Shown: positions 1 through 9,474, counted from the stretch's first letter. The stretch: DNA of 64,000 bases from an uncultured Victivallales bacterium (GCA_964576795.1 CAZNWT010000001.1:56697-120696), one strand, 5' to 3'. Notes: generated by a model not told the origin, from the sequence alone. Numbers and translations are program-made.

Positions 1-93
1 ATTCGCGTCGCGCCGCCACTGGTCATCACCCGTGAGCAAGCCGACGAAAGCCTCGCCATCATGGACGACGTTCTGAGCAATCTCGAACTCTAA
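1..93 (+). CDS. C-terminal end of a class III PLP-dependent aminotransferase (partial, runs off the window start)
   Basis: Frame 1 reads IRVAPPLVITREQADESLAIMDDVL..*; the IRxAPPLxI motif is typical of the class III aminotransferase C-terminus. AAGGAG precedes the next gene. Confidence 0.8.
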   Translation: MRVAPPLVITREQADESLAIMDDVLSNLEL

Positions 94-104
94 GGAGCCA
101 CATC

Positions 105-1319
105 GTGAGTCACATGTCTTCCGCCCTCCAGCAGACAACGGACTTCCTTTCCAGTCTCGTGAGCATTCCTTCCACGTCTGGACAGGAAACGCAGGCGATC
201 GACTGGCTAGTCGAACAATTCAGCCGCTTCGATGTAGAAATTGAAAAGATCCCCTTGTCGGACGCTCTGAAATCGGATCCAGACTACAGCAGTCCGATTC
301 CGGATATTGCGTATGACGGGCGTTACAATCTGCGCATCGTCCGCAAAGGACGTGACCACAGCAAGGCGCTGGCCTTCAACGCGCACGTTGACGTTGTGCC
401 GCCGTCCGAAGGAATGGACGATCCGTACTCAGGACGTGTTGAAGACGGCATCCTTTATGGACGCGGGGCCTGCGACACCAAAGGCCCGCTCTCCACCATC
501 TTCTGCCTGCTGACGCTTCTTGAAGAACAGAAGACCGACCCCGACTGCGATCTGATTTTCCATTTTGTTGTAGAAGAGGAAAACGGCGGCAACGGCTCAC
601 TGGCCATGGTGCGGCACGGCGAAAAAGCCGACGGTTGCATCGTGCTTGAGCCGACAGAAGAAAAAATCCTCACATCGGTTCGCGGCGCGGTTTGGTTCAA
701 CATTGAATTCACCGGTATTGCTGGACATAGCGGGCAGGCGGGACGCACTCGCAGCGCACTGCTCATGGCACACGAAGCCATTACCTGCCTAACGAACTAT
801 CATTGCGATCTGCTGGCCGCTTCCAAAGGAATCGATTTATTTGACGCCTACGACAACCCCATGCCGATTACCTTCGGACGACTGACTGCGGGCAACTGGC
901 CGGCCGCTGCGCCAAACCGCGCTGTTCTCGAAGGTGTGCTGGGACTTCTACCAAACAAAACGAAAGAAGACATTTGTCGCGAAATGGAAGAGGCGCTCGT
1001 CAGTACTGGAATGAACCCAAACGATTTCAAGCTGACGTTTACCTATCGCCACGATTGCAGCGTCACCGATCCGAACGGCTCACTTCCGCAGGGACTGCGT
1101 GAATGTACTCAAGCCGTCGGCATTGACTCAAAAATTGATGCCATGACCGCCAGTTGCGACGCGTGGCTCTATAACAACCTGCTAGACATTCCCACCGTGG
1201 TTTTCGGGCCGGGGTCTTTGTCGGTTGCGCATTCGAAAAACGAACATATTCGACTTCAGGAAATTGAACAGGCCGCACAGGCGGTCTTCAAGCTGGTCGT
1301 AAACGGAAAAGGAATCTGA
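105..1319 (+). CDS. M20 family metallopeptidase / ArgE-DapE-like deacylase
   Basis: Motifs NAHVDVVP, GRGACDTKG, VEEENGG, GHSG, FGPG and AHSKNE. Confidence 0.9.
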   Translation: MSHMSSALQQTTDFLSSLVSIPSTSGQETQAIDWLVEQFSRFDVEIEKIPLSDALKSDPDYSSPIPDIAYDGRYNLRIVRKGRDHSKALAFNAHVDVVPPSEGMDDPYSGRVEDGILYGRGACDTKGPLSTIFCLLTLLEEQKTDPDCDLIFHFVVEEENGGNGSLAMVRHGEKADGCIVLEPTEEKILTSVRGAVWFNIEFTGIAGHSGQAGRTRSALLMAHEAITCLTNYHCDLLAASKGIDLFDAYDNPMPITFGRLTAGNWPAAAPNRAVLEGVLGLLPNKTKEDICREMEEALVSTGMNPNDFKLTFTYRHDCSVTDPNGSLPQGLRECTQAVGIDSKIDAMTASCDAWLYNNLLDIPTVVFGPGSLSVAHSKNEHIRLQEIEQAAQAVFKLVVNGKGI

Positions 1320-1320
1320 A

Positions 1321-2355
1321 ATGAAAGCTTTGGTCAAAACAAAAAAAGGCGTTGGAAATATTGAACTGCAGGATGTCAAAGCGCCGCGCCCGAAAGACAA
1401 CGAAGTGCTCATTCAGATTGCCGCCTGCGGCATTTGCGGCACCGACGTTCATGTAAAACACGACAACTTTCCCTACTGGCCGCCCGTCATTCTCGGACAC
1501 GAGTTTACCGGCACGATTATTGAAGCCGGGAAAGACTGCAAAATACTGAAAGAAGGCGACCGCATCGTCGCCGAACCGCACACCAAAGCCTGCGGACAGT
1601 GCTATCTCTGCCGCACGGGCAACATTCAGATCTGTCCCGAAAAACGCAGTCCCGGCTGGGGCATCGACGGTGGCATGGCCGAGTACATCTGCTATCCCGA
1701 AAAACTACTTCACCTCATTCCTGATCACATGACGTGGGACCAGGCCGTCATCGTAGAGCCGGTCGCCAACGTCGTCACCGACCTGCTTGAACGTACCAAA
1801 GTTGAAGCAGGGGACGTTGTTGTCATTCAAGGGCCGGGACCGATCGGCCTTATCGCCGCCATGGCGGCGCGCGCCGTCGGCGCACGCGAAGTCGTTATCA
1901 TCGGAACAAAGGGCGATGTAGCCGTTCGCTTCAAAAAAGCCACTGAGCTTGGATTCGGGAATCTGGTTTTGATCGGCGAAATCGATCCGGTTGAATATGT
2001 CATGAAGCTGACTAACAATCGCGGCGCGGATGTCGTCGTCGAATGCAGCGGTTCGCCGTATGCCATTCCGCTGATTCCCGAGCTGCTGCGCAAACAGGGC
2101 CGCGCCTGCATCATTGGCCTGACCGGCGGCAAAAAGGTTGAAGTCGAGTGGGATAAGTTTGCCTTTAAAGCGCTGACCATCATTTTCAACATGTCCACCT
2201 ATTATACCGCGTGGGACAAATCCATCGACCTGATTGCTTCCGGACGGCTTCCGGCTGAAAAACTGGTCACGCATAAACTGAAAATCGAAGAGTGGGAACA
2301 GACCTTCGAGGCGGTTGAAAACCTCGAGGCGCTCAAAGCGGTATTGATTCCTTAA
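1321..2355 (+). CDS. Zinc-dependent medium-chain alcohol/polyol dehydrogenase (sorbitol/threonine dehydrogenase-like)
   Basis: CGTDVH and GHEFTG catalytic Zn ligands, CGQCYLC..C structural Zn site, GPGPIG Rossmann motif. Confidence 0.92.
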   Translation: MKALVKTKKGVGNIELQDVKAPRPKDNEVLIQIAACGICGTDVHVKHDNFPYWPPVILGHEFTGTIIEAGKDCKILKEGDRIVAEPHTKACGQCYLCRTGNIQICPEKRSPGWGIDGGMAEYICYPEKLLHLIPDHMTWDQAVIVEPVANVVTDLLERTKVEAGDVVVIQGPGPIGLIAAMAARAVGAREVVIIGTKGDVAVRFKKATELGFGNLVLIGEIDPVEYVMKLTNNRGADVVVECSGSPYAIPLIPELLRKQGRACIIGLTGGKKVEVEWDKFAFKALTIIFNMSTYYTAWDKSIDLIASGRLPAEKLVTHKLKIEEWEQTFEAVENLEALKAVLIP

Positions 2356-2368
2356 AAGGAAAAAGATC

Positions 2369-3445
2369 ATGGAAAAATCAATCGGATTTGGTGTTGTCGG
2401 CGCGGGTTTGGTTGCTCCGTTTCATCTGAACGCAATCAAGGACTCCAAGGGCGGGAAAGCGATCGGAATCTTTGATGTCAACAGGGAACACGCACAGCAA
2501 ATGGCCGACACGTTTGCCCTCAAGGTGTACGGCACACTTGAAGAAATGCTGAGTGATGCAGAAGTACAGGTCGTCTGCGTGGCGACCCCAAACCATTTGC
2601 ATCACGACGTTGTCATCGCCGCTGCCGCGGCTGGAAAAAACGTGTTCACCGAAAAGCCGCCAGCCATGAGTCTTACCGAAACCGACGACATGATTGCCGC
2701 CTGCGAAAAGGCCGGTGTCAAATTTGGCTGCTTTGTCCAGTGCCGCATCCGCAAAGCCATTCAGGCCATGAAACAGGCTGTTGACAGTGGACGTTTCGGA
2801 ACACTTCTTTGCGCCGACGCCTATATGAAATGGTTTCGTCCGCAGGAATACTACACCTCCGACAGTTGGCGCGGACAGCGTCAGTCCGGCAGCGGCGTAA
2901 CCGTTGCACAGGGCTTTCACTATATTGACCTGCTTCAGTATCTTGTGGGTCCGGCGGTTCGGCTCGAAGCCAAAATGGAAAACCTGACTCATCCCGGTAT
3001 TGCACTGGAAGATAACTCGCTCGCGTTTGTCGAATACGCCAGCGGCGCCAAAGGCATCATCCAGCTCTCCACCGCTTTGTGGCCGGGAACCGACATCCGC
3101 ATTGAACTCAACGGAACCGATGGCACCGCCATCATGACCGGCGAAACAATGCAGACCTGGAAATTCAGAGATGATCGTCCGGAAGACGAAGACATCCGCA
3201 ACCTGGGCAGTGCGGCACAGGCTACCGCTGCAGGTGGGTCGGCTGACTTTGGTCACGTTGACCACACCGTCGTTGTGCAGGATATGATCGACTGTATCGG
3301 CACCGACAACGAAGTCGTCATTCCCGTCACAGACGTGCGGCCGACGCTCGAAATCGTCCTCGCCATGTACCAGTCTGCCAGCCGAGGCACAGCCGTCGAA
3401 TGGCCAATTTTAGATGATCCCTCTGTATGGCAGGGACAAGATTAA
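2369..3445 (+). CDS. Gfo/Idh/MocA family oxidoreductase
   Basis: GVVGAG, ATPNHLH, EKPPA and HYIDL motifs. Confidence 0.92.
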   Translation: MEKSIGFGVVGAGLVAPFHLNAIKDSKGGKAIGIFDVNREHAQQMADTFALKVYGTLEEMLSDAEVQVVCVATPNHLHHDVVIAAAAAGKNVFTEKPPAMSLTETDDMIAACEKAGVKFGCFVQCRIRKAIQAMKQAVDSGRFGTLLCADAYMKWFRPQEYYTSDSWRGQRQSGSGVTVAQGFHYIDLLQYLVGPAVRLEAKMENLTHPGIALEDNSLAFVEYASGAKGIIQLSTALWPGTDIRIELNGTDGTAIMTGETMQTWKFRDDRPEDEDIRNLGSAAQATAAGGSADFGHVDHTVVVQDMIDCIGTDNEVVIPVTDVRPTLEIVLAMYQSASRGTAVEWPILDDPSVWQGQD

Positions 3446-3480
3446 GGAATGAAGGAATAGATAGGGACAAGATTAAGAAA
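3432..3480. repeat. Short direct repeat AGGGACAAGATTAAG (two copies, 30 nt apart) within a purine-rich run
   Basis: Copies at about 3432 and 3462; the first supplies the TAA stop of the upstream gene. Confidence 0.6.
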
Positions 3481-3493
3481 TAAGGAGTAGAGC

Positions 3494-4522
3494 GTGATGA
3501 AAAAATATCCTGATACAATTAATACAGTTGATGAACTGAGCAAGGTTTTGAGCCAGCCTAGTGATGCGTTGGTAGAATTTATGCGAGGGCTGGAGGGCGA
3601 CATCATGATACTAGGTGCGGGCGGCAAGATTGGCCCCAGCATGGCTCGCCGGGCGAAACGGGCAATCGCAGAAGCCGGCGTCGAGAAGAATGTCATAGCT
3701 GTAGATCTCGCACCGTTGCCCGAACTTGAAGCACTGGGCATCAAAACTATTTCTTGTGATATGCTGAAACTTGATGAGGTTGAAAAGCTACCGAAGATCA
3801 AAAATATCATCTACATGGTTGGCCGGAAGTTCGGATCGACCGGCAGCGAGCACTTAACTTGGGGAATTAATGTAATCGTAGCCTATCATGTCGCCCGCAC
3901 GTTTGTGGACTCTCGCATTGTTGCGTTTTCAACTGGCTGTGTATATCCCGTAATGGACATCTACACTGGCGGAGCGACCGAGGAAACCCCCGCCGGACCC
4001 ATCGGCGAATACTCCATGTCCAGTCTGGGTCGTGAACGCATGTTCGATTTCTTCAGCAAGACAGTCGGCCAGAAGGTTTTACAGCTGCGCCTTAACTATG
4101 CGCTTGAATTGCGCTACGGCGTACTGGTGGATGTGGCGACCAAGGTGTTCAACGGCCGGCCTGTGGATGTAACGACGGGATTCGCCAACGGGATATGGCA
4201 GGGCGATGCCTGCGACCAGGTGTTGCGCTGCTTGGAGTATACATCCAGCCCGGCCGCCATCATGAACATCACTGGCCCCGAAATCTTTTCCATCCGACAG
4301 GTGGCGGTAGCGTTTGGGAAGCGGTTCGGCAAAGAGCCGGTCATCACGGGCGAAGAGAACGGCAAGGGCTATCTCAGTAACGCAACCAAGGCCAACGCCA
4401 TCTTCGGCAACCCAGATGTTCCGCTCGGCCAAGTCATTGACTGGATTGTTCACTGGATTATGATTGGCGGCGAGAACAGCGGCAAGGAAACTCACTTTGA
4501 AACCCAGAATGGAAAATACTGA
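3494..4522 (+). CDS. NAD-dependent epimerase/dehydratase (extended SDR)
   Basis: ILGAGGKIG Rossmann motif, YMVGRKFG, STGCVY and YSMSSLGRE; AAGGAG ribosome-binding site. Confidence 0.85.
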   Translation: MMKKYPDTINTVDELSKVLSQPSDALVEFMRGLEGDIMILGAGGKIGPSMARRAKRAIAEAGVEKNVIAVDLAPLPELEALGIKTISCDMLKLDEVEKLPKIKNIIYMVGRKFGSTGSEHLTWGINVIVAYHVARTFVDSRIVAFSTGCVYPVMDIYTGGATEETPAGPIGEYSMSSLGRERMFDFFSKTVGQKVLQLRLNYALELRYGVLVDVATKVFNGRPVDVTTGFANGIWQGDACDQVLRCLEYTSSPAAIMNITGPEIFSIRQVAVAFGKRFGKEPVITGEENGKGYLSNATKANAIFGNPDVPLGQVIDWIVHWIMIGGENSGKETHFETQNGKY

Positions 4523-4565
4523 GCCAGTCATTCTTAGCTGTTGGTTTCCGTGATGAGCCTTCTGA

Positions 4566-5228
4566 TCACCGGGCCAACAAACCGTAAAGCAGCACCTCCT
4601 GAGCTAGCTTAAGTCCATCGCGCAGAACGGCAGGACGGCTGACATCGAGGCCGACCGTGTGCGGCAGTGTGTAGCGGTTGGAGTGATACATGAAACACGC
4701 GCCATAAAGCAGAACGAGCAGATGACGGGCATCCACGGCTTGCTTCATCTCACCTCGCTCCACGGCACGTGCGACCACGGCCTGAAGCTCCTTCACCACA
4801 GGACTCTTGGTCAGCAGCATCGGATGCGCATCCAAAACCCGCCCGCTATGAAGGTTCTCCCACAGAAGCAGATTCACAAATTCCACATGGGATTCCAGAA
4901 AAGCCAAATATCGCTCGAGAATATTGCGAATTGCCTCCGCCGTCGGCACATCCTCGCCGAGCACCCCCATCTCCAGCTCCACCAACTCCGCAAAAACCAC
5001 CCGCAACACCTCCACGTAGAGTCCATCCTTGCTGCCAAAATAATGATACAGCATCCGCTTGTTGACTTGCGCGGAATTCACGATTTTCTCTACGGAAACC
5101 CCGTCATAGCCTCGGGAGGAGAATAGCTTGACGCCCGCAGCAAGTAACCGTGCCCGCGTGCGCACAGGGTTACGTTTGGTGTTTTTCTTGACTCGTTCCG
5201 CAGATGTTGTAACCGTTTGGTTATGCAT
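4566..5228 (-). CDS. TetR/AcrR family transcriptional regulator
   Basis: HTH segment RLLAAGVKLFSSRGYDGVSVEKIVNSAQVNKRMLYHYFGSKDGLY. Start moved to the ATG at 5228, just downstream of a predicted promoter. Confidence 0.9.
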   Translation of the reverse strand: MHNQTVTTSAERVKKNTKRNPVRTRARLLAAGVKLFSSRGYDGVSVEKIVNSAQVNKRMLYHYFGSKDGLYVEVLRVVFAELVELEMGVLGEDVPTAEAIRNILERYLAFLESHVEFVNLLLWENLHSGRVLDAHPMLLTKSPVVKELQAVVARAVERGEMKQAVDARHLLVLLYGACFMYHSNRYTLPHTVGLDVSRPAVLRDGLKLAQEVLLYGLLAR

Positions 5229-5241
5229 GTCTTGTGGCGCG

Positions 5242-5270
5242 ATGATGGCAATGCGGAAGGCTCGTGTCAA
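5242..5270 (-). promoter_or_regulatory. Sigma70-like promoter of the TetR gene
   Basis: TTGACA (5270-5265), 17-nt spacer, CATCAT (5247-5242). Confidence 0.55.
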
Positions 5271-5290
5271 GTTTTCCCAAAATGGAAATG

Positions 5291-5320
5291 GCAAACAATC
5301 TGAATACATCAGTTGTTTGC
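5291..5320. promoter_or_regulatory. Imperfect palindrome, candidate TetR operator
   Basis: GCAAACAA-T-CTGA-ATACA-TCAG-TTGTTTGC lies between the divergent tetR and sulfatase genes. Confidence 0.5.
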
Positions 5321-5498
5321 TCGTCAGCACTACGATTTCTTCCTGCTTCGATCGATAGCATGAAAACAATTCAAGAACGTCAAGGCGTTGCCGCTGGTCG
5401 AGCAGGCGGCAGGCAAAAGCGATCCGATAATGATTGAACATGGGCGCATCAATAGGGCACTTTTACAAACAGAAATAAACATAAGCAGGAGATTTTTC

Positions 5499-6953
5499 AT
5501 GCCAGATTCACGCCCGAATATCGTCTTTATCATGTCCGATGACCATGCGGCACATGCCATGAGCTGCTATGGCAGCCGAATCAATCAGACCCCCAACCTG
5601 GACCGAATTGCCAATGAAGGGATGCGCTTCGATAGTTGCTTCTGCACCAACTCCATCTGCACCCCCAGCCGCGCGGTTATTCTCTCGGGCACGTACAACC
5701 ATATCAATGGCGTCACGACGCTCTCGACGATGATGGACAACAGGCTACAGACATTCCCGAAACTCCTACAGGGCGCGGGATACCAAACGGCCATTTTCGG
5801 AAAGTGGCATCTTGGCCAAGGCGAAAAACACTGCCCCACCGGATTCGATGACTGGGCCGTCGTGCCCGGACAGGGCTTCTACCATAACCCAACCTTCATA
5901 TTCAAAGGCGAAGGCGGTGGCGAGAAGCGTACCGTCCCCGGATATGTTACTGACATCATCACCGACATGAGCCTGGATTGGCTAGAGAAGCGTGATCCCG
6001 AGAAACCATTCTGCCTGCTCTGCCATCACAAAGCGTCTCACCGCCCGTGGTACTCGGACGAAAAACATGCGGGCATGTTCCTCAATGAGGATGTTCCCGA
6101 ACCCGATACACTCCAAGACGATTACGCAAACCGGGCCAAAGCAGCCGAAGCCGCGGCCATGCGCGTCGGTGTACACATGAGTGCCACAGACTTGGACGCC
6201 GAGATCCCAGACGATATGCCCGAAGCAGAACTGCGTAGCTGGGCCTACCAACGTTACATCAAGAAGTACCTACGCGTCGTGCAGAGCGTGGATGACAACG
6301 TGGGGCGCGTTCTGGACTATCTCGACGAAAAGGGGCTGGCAGATAATACGCTAGTCATCTACACCTCGGACCAAGGCTTCTTCCTGGGCGATCACGGCTG
6401 GTATGACAAGAGGTTCATGTATGAAGAGTCACTCAAAATGCCATTCGTGCTGCGCTACCCCCCCGAAGTCAAACCCGAATCCACCAACGACGATCTCGTG
6501 CTCAACGTCGACTTTCCCGCCCTCTTCCTTGACTTGGCAGGCATTCCAGTGCCGCCAGAATTCCAGGGATGCAGTTTCCTCCCCCTGCTTCAGGGCAGCA
6601 CACCACCCAACTGGCGTGAAGGCATCTACTATCGCTACTGGATGAATGCCGCCCATCACAATGTCTCCGCCCACTACGGTATTCGCACGCAAAAACACAA
6701 ACTGATTTACTACTATTATGATGGTTGCGATCAGCTCGGTGCGATGGAAGGATGCTACGGCGGTCACGGCAACATCATGCCCCTTGATTTCGAACCCGAA
6801 TGGGAGCTATTTGACCTGGAAAAGGATCCTCGGGAACTCAATAACGTCGTCAACGACCCCGCCTACTCGGGCGTAGTCGAAGAGCTCAAAGACAAACTGC
6901 ACAGCCTTCAGAACGAACTCGGGGATACGCGCTATGAAAAGGACGTCGACTAG
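5499..6953 (+). CDS. Formylglycine-dependent (S1) sulfatase, resembling N-acetylglucosamine-6-sulfatases; no signal peptide
   Basis: PNIVFIMSDDH, CTPSRAVILSG, GKWHLG, YTSDQG and DKRFMYEES motifs. AGGAG RBS before the ATG at 5499. Confidence 0.93.
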   Translation: MPDSRPNIVFIMSDDHAAHAMSCYGSRINQTPNLDRIANEGMRFDSCFCTNSICTPSRAVILSGTYNHINGVTTLSTMMDNRLQTFPKLLQGAGYQTAIFGKWHLGQGEKHCPTGFDDWAVVPGQGFYHNPTFIFKGEGGGEKRTVPGYVTDIITDMSLDWLEKRDPEKPFCLLCHHKASHRPWYSDEKHAGMFLNEDVPEPDTLQDDYANRAKAAEAAAMRVGVHMSATDLDAEIPDDMPEAELRSWAYQRYIKKYLRVVQSVDDNVGRVLDYLDEKGLADNTLVIYTSDQGFFLGDHGWYDKRFMYEESLKMPFVLRYPPEVKPESTNDDLVLNVDFPALFLDLAGIPVPPEFQGCSFLPLLQGSTPPNWREGIYYRYWMNAAHHNVSAHYGIRTQKHKLIYYYYDGCDQLGAMEGCYGGHGNIMPLDFEPEWELFDLEKDPRELNNVVNDPAYSGVVEELKDKLHSLQNELGDTRYEKDVD

Positions 6954-7272
6954 CAAACGGAAGACACATTCCCCCACGGGAGTGCGGTTCTAATTCTCAA
7001 CACATTCATTGTCAACCCATTACGTGATGCGGCTGCACTGTCAACGCCCGTCGCGTTCACAGTTGGCACAATGCAAAAACACCAGAACCGGTGGACGATT
7101 ACAGCGATACGACTGTCGTGTTTTTGAGATGCGACAGGTGTTTGTTTCGCAACGCTTTACGAAAAACGCACACACCTGCACATTTCCCCTCCACCATATG
7201 CATCGCACTTGCATCAGCCAGACGCATCGACTACGCTCATACAATTCAATATTCAGCAAGGAATCCGTACTC

Positions 7273-8301
7273 ATGAAGACGCCCGCCATCTTTCGGCTTT
7301 CCAAAGCCCTTCTCGCATACAAACAAAAGCGCGAGGTCGTGAAGGCAATGCCCCTTCGCCTCTGGGTCGAGACATCCACTATGTGCAATCTTGAATGTAT
7401 CATGTGCCCCAACAAAGATCTTCCGGATGATCAAGTCTCCGTTATGGATTTAGAGCTTTTTGAGAAAATTGTCGATGAAGCCAGCGGCTTTGCTCAGGAC
7501 ATCTACCTCCATCACCGCGGCGAGCCGTTAATCAACCCTCAACTCTTCAGCATGATTCGCTACGCCGAAGAGGCCGGACTCAGAACCCGGTTTCACACAA
7601 ACGGAACCATGCTGACACCCGCGCGCGCCACCAAACTCCTTGAGGCAGCTCCCAGCATGATCTCATTCTCATTCGACGGTTTTTCAAAGGAACCGTACGA
7701 ACGCATCCGCCAAGGCGCTTCTTTTGAAAAAACCCTCGAAAACATTCTTTTTCTGGCAAAACAGAAGCGCCTGAAAAAGCTCAAACACCCCTACATCGTT
7801 GTCGAGCGGATTAAATTTAAAAATCCCAACCTCGCAGACGACCCCCAAGTCGTTGCGGACATGACGAAGTTGCTACGCGATGCCGGCGTTGACGAAGTAA
7901 TTGAAAAAGACGAATACGATTGGGCAGGCACCGAAGTCCAACTCGAAAAAAGCGAGAACACAACTCCCGCACAAAACACCTGCTGCACGTTTCCCTGGTA
8001 CGCCATGGTTATCTGCGCCGACGGCACCGTCACCCCCTGCCCTCAGGACTTCATGGGAGAAATGGTAATGGGGAACGTGCGCAACACCTCCCTGCGAGAA
8101 ATTTGGAACAATGATGCCTACTGCAAGCTACGGCGTGGGTTCAGCGAGGGGAACACCCTCCCCGCTACCTGTGCGCACTGCGATCGTCTAACCCGTGACA
8201 CCATAGCAGGAGTACCCCTTCAGTACGCAAAAACATTCCTGATTGACCAATTTGCCGGATACGGCAAACTCCGCAAATTTTTTGGAACGGCCGAACGGTA
8301 G
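7273..8301 (+). CDS. Radical SAM protein with a C-terminal SPASM/Twitch domain
   Basis: CNLECIMC (CxxxCxxC), HHRGEPL, TNG, FSFDG, then CTFPW..ADGTVTPCPQD..GNV..LREIWN..CAHC. AAGGAA RBS before the ATG at 7273. Confidence 0.9.
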   Translation: MKTPAIFRLSKALLAYKQKREVVKAMPLRLWVETSTMCNLECIMCPNKDLPDDQVSVMDLELFEKIVDEASGFAQDIYLHHRGEPLINPQLFSMIRYAEEAGLRTRFHTNGTMLTPARATKLLEAAPSMISFSFDGFSKEPYERIRQGASFEKTLENILFLAKQKRLKKLKHPYIVVERIKFKNPNLADDPQVVADMTKLLRDAGVDEVIEKDEYDWAGTEVQLEKSENTTPAQNTCCTFPWYAMVICADGTVTPCPQDFMGEMVMGNVRNTSLREIWNNDAYCKLRRGFSEGNTLPATCAHCDRLTRDTIAGVPLQYAKTFLIDQFAGYGKLRKFFGTAER

Positions 8302-8307
8302 TAAATT

Positions 8308-9474
8308 ATGCGTATTCTACTTCTGGCACCCCACCCCTTCTTTCAGGAGCGCGGCACACCCATTGCTGTGGGGATGCTGGCTACGGCTCTCGCCCAACGT
8401 GGCGATGTTGTCGACATCCTCACATATCACGAAGGTGAGGATCGTGCCTTCGCAGACAACGTCACCATTCACCGCATCCCCCCTCCACGATTTGTCCATG
8501 GCATTCGACCAGGATTCAGCATCAAGAAGCTCATCTGCGACGCAGCCATGTATCCCAAAGCCGCCGCTATGGTCGCCAGCAACACCTACGACTGTATCCA
8601 CGCCGTTGAAGAATCCGTTTTCATGGCTCAAGCCATAGGCAAACGCCATGCCATCCCTTACATCTTCGACATGGACTCATCCATGCCGCAACAGATTGTC
8701 GATAAAATTTCCCTCGCCAAACCGCTTTTACCCCTCATGCGCAAAATCGAAGCCGCTGCCATCCACCACGCTGCAGCGGTGGTACCCATGTGCGATGCAC
8801 TCGCCGACACAGCTCGCTCTCTAGGGGCACGTCACGTTGAAGTTCTGCATGACGTTTCACTTCTGCCCGAAAACTACCAGCCCAATCCCAAGCAAGGATT
8901 CCGCAAGGCTCTCAACCTCAATGGCCCCACTCTGCTCTACCTGGGGAATCTGGAATCCTACCAAGGCATTGACCTCCTGCTCAGCAGCTTTGCACTTGCC
9001 GCCAACAGTGCACCCGAGGCCCACCTGGTCATCGCAGGGGGGCGCATCGATGATATTCAAACCTACACCACAAAAGCAGCAACCCTCGGCATCCCCAAAA
9101 AAATTCACTTTCTCGGTCCACGACCCATAAGTCACATGGCAGACCTTTTCCATGATGCCGACATCCTTGTCTCGCCCCGAACGCAAGGCAACAACACCCC
9201 CATGAAGATATACTCCTATCTCGATGCCGAACGCGCCATACTTGCAACCAACCTTCCAACCCACACTCAGGTGTTGACGCCCCATGTGGCCGCACTTGCA
9301 TCTCCAACAAAAGAGGCTATGGCTGATGGTATGCTAAAACTCCTACAAGACGACACTCTACGCGCCACCCTCGGGCAGCAAGCCAAACAACTCGCCCGCG
9401 AATGCTATAGCATCCCAGCCTTCCAAAATACCGTTAACCGACTCTACACGTTCATGGCAACGTTGGGTGCTTGA
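8308..9474 (+). CDS. Glycosyltransferase family 4 (GT-B, retaining)
   Basis: MRILLLAP start, YLGNLESYQGIDLL, PMKIYSYL motif; begins 6 nt after the radical SAM stop. Confidence 0.9.
   Translation: MRILLLAPHPFFQERGTPIAVGMLATALAQRGDVVDILTYHEGEDRAFADNVTIHRIPPPRFVHGIRPGFSIKKLICDAAMYPKAAAMVASNTYDCIHAVEESVFMAQAIGKRHAIPYIFDMDSSMPQQIVDKISLAKPLLPLMRKIEAAAIHHAAAVVPMCDALADTARSLGARHVEVLHDVSLLPENYQPNPKQGFRKALNLNGPTLLYLGNLESYQGIDLLLSSFALAANSAPEAHLVIAGGRIDDIQTYTTKAATLGIPKKIHFLGPRPISHMADLFHDADILVSPRTQGNNTPMKIYSYLDAERAILATNLPTHTQVLTPHVAALASPTKEAMADGMLKLLQDDTLRATLGQQAKQLARECYSIPAFQNTVNRLYTFMATLGA

Noticed and set aside
1705-3265. Long antisense ORFs (221 aa, 295 aa) and similar ones at 27220-27825, 41019-41657 and 62592-63608
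   Set aside because: They mirror strongly conserved sense-strand genes, as expected from codon bias, and have no recognisable domains.
5499-8301. Radical SAM-SPASM gene next to a sulfatase as an anaerobic sulfatase maturase (anSME)
   Set aside because: It lacks the anSME N-terminal KP..CNL.C.YC context and the seven-Cys SPASM array. It is coupled to a GT4 gene instead and is separated from the sulfatase by about 320 nt containing a hairpin.
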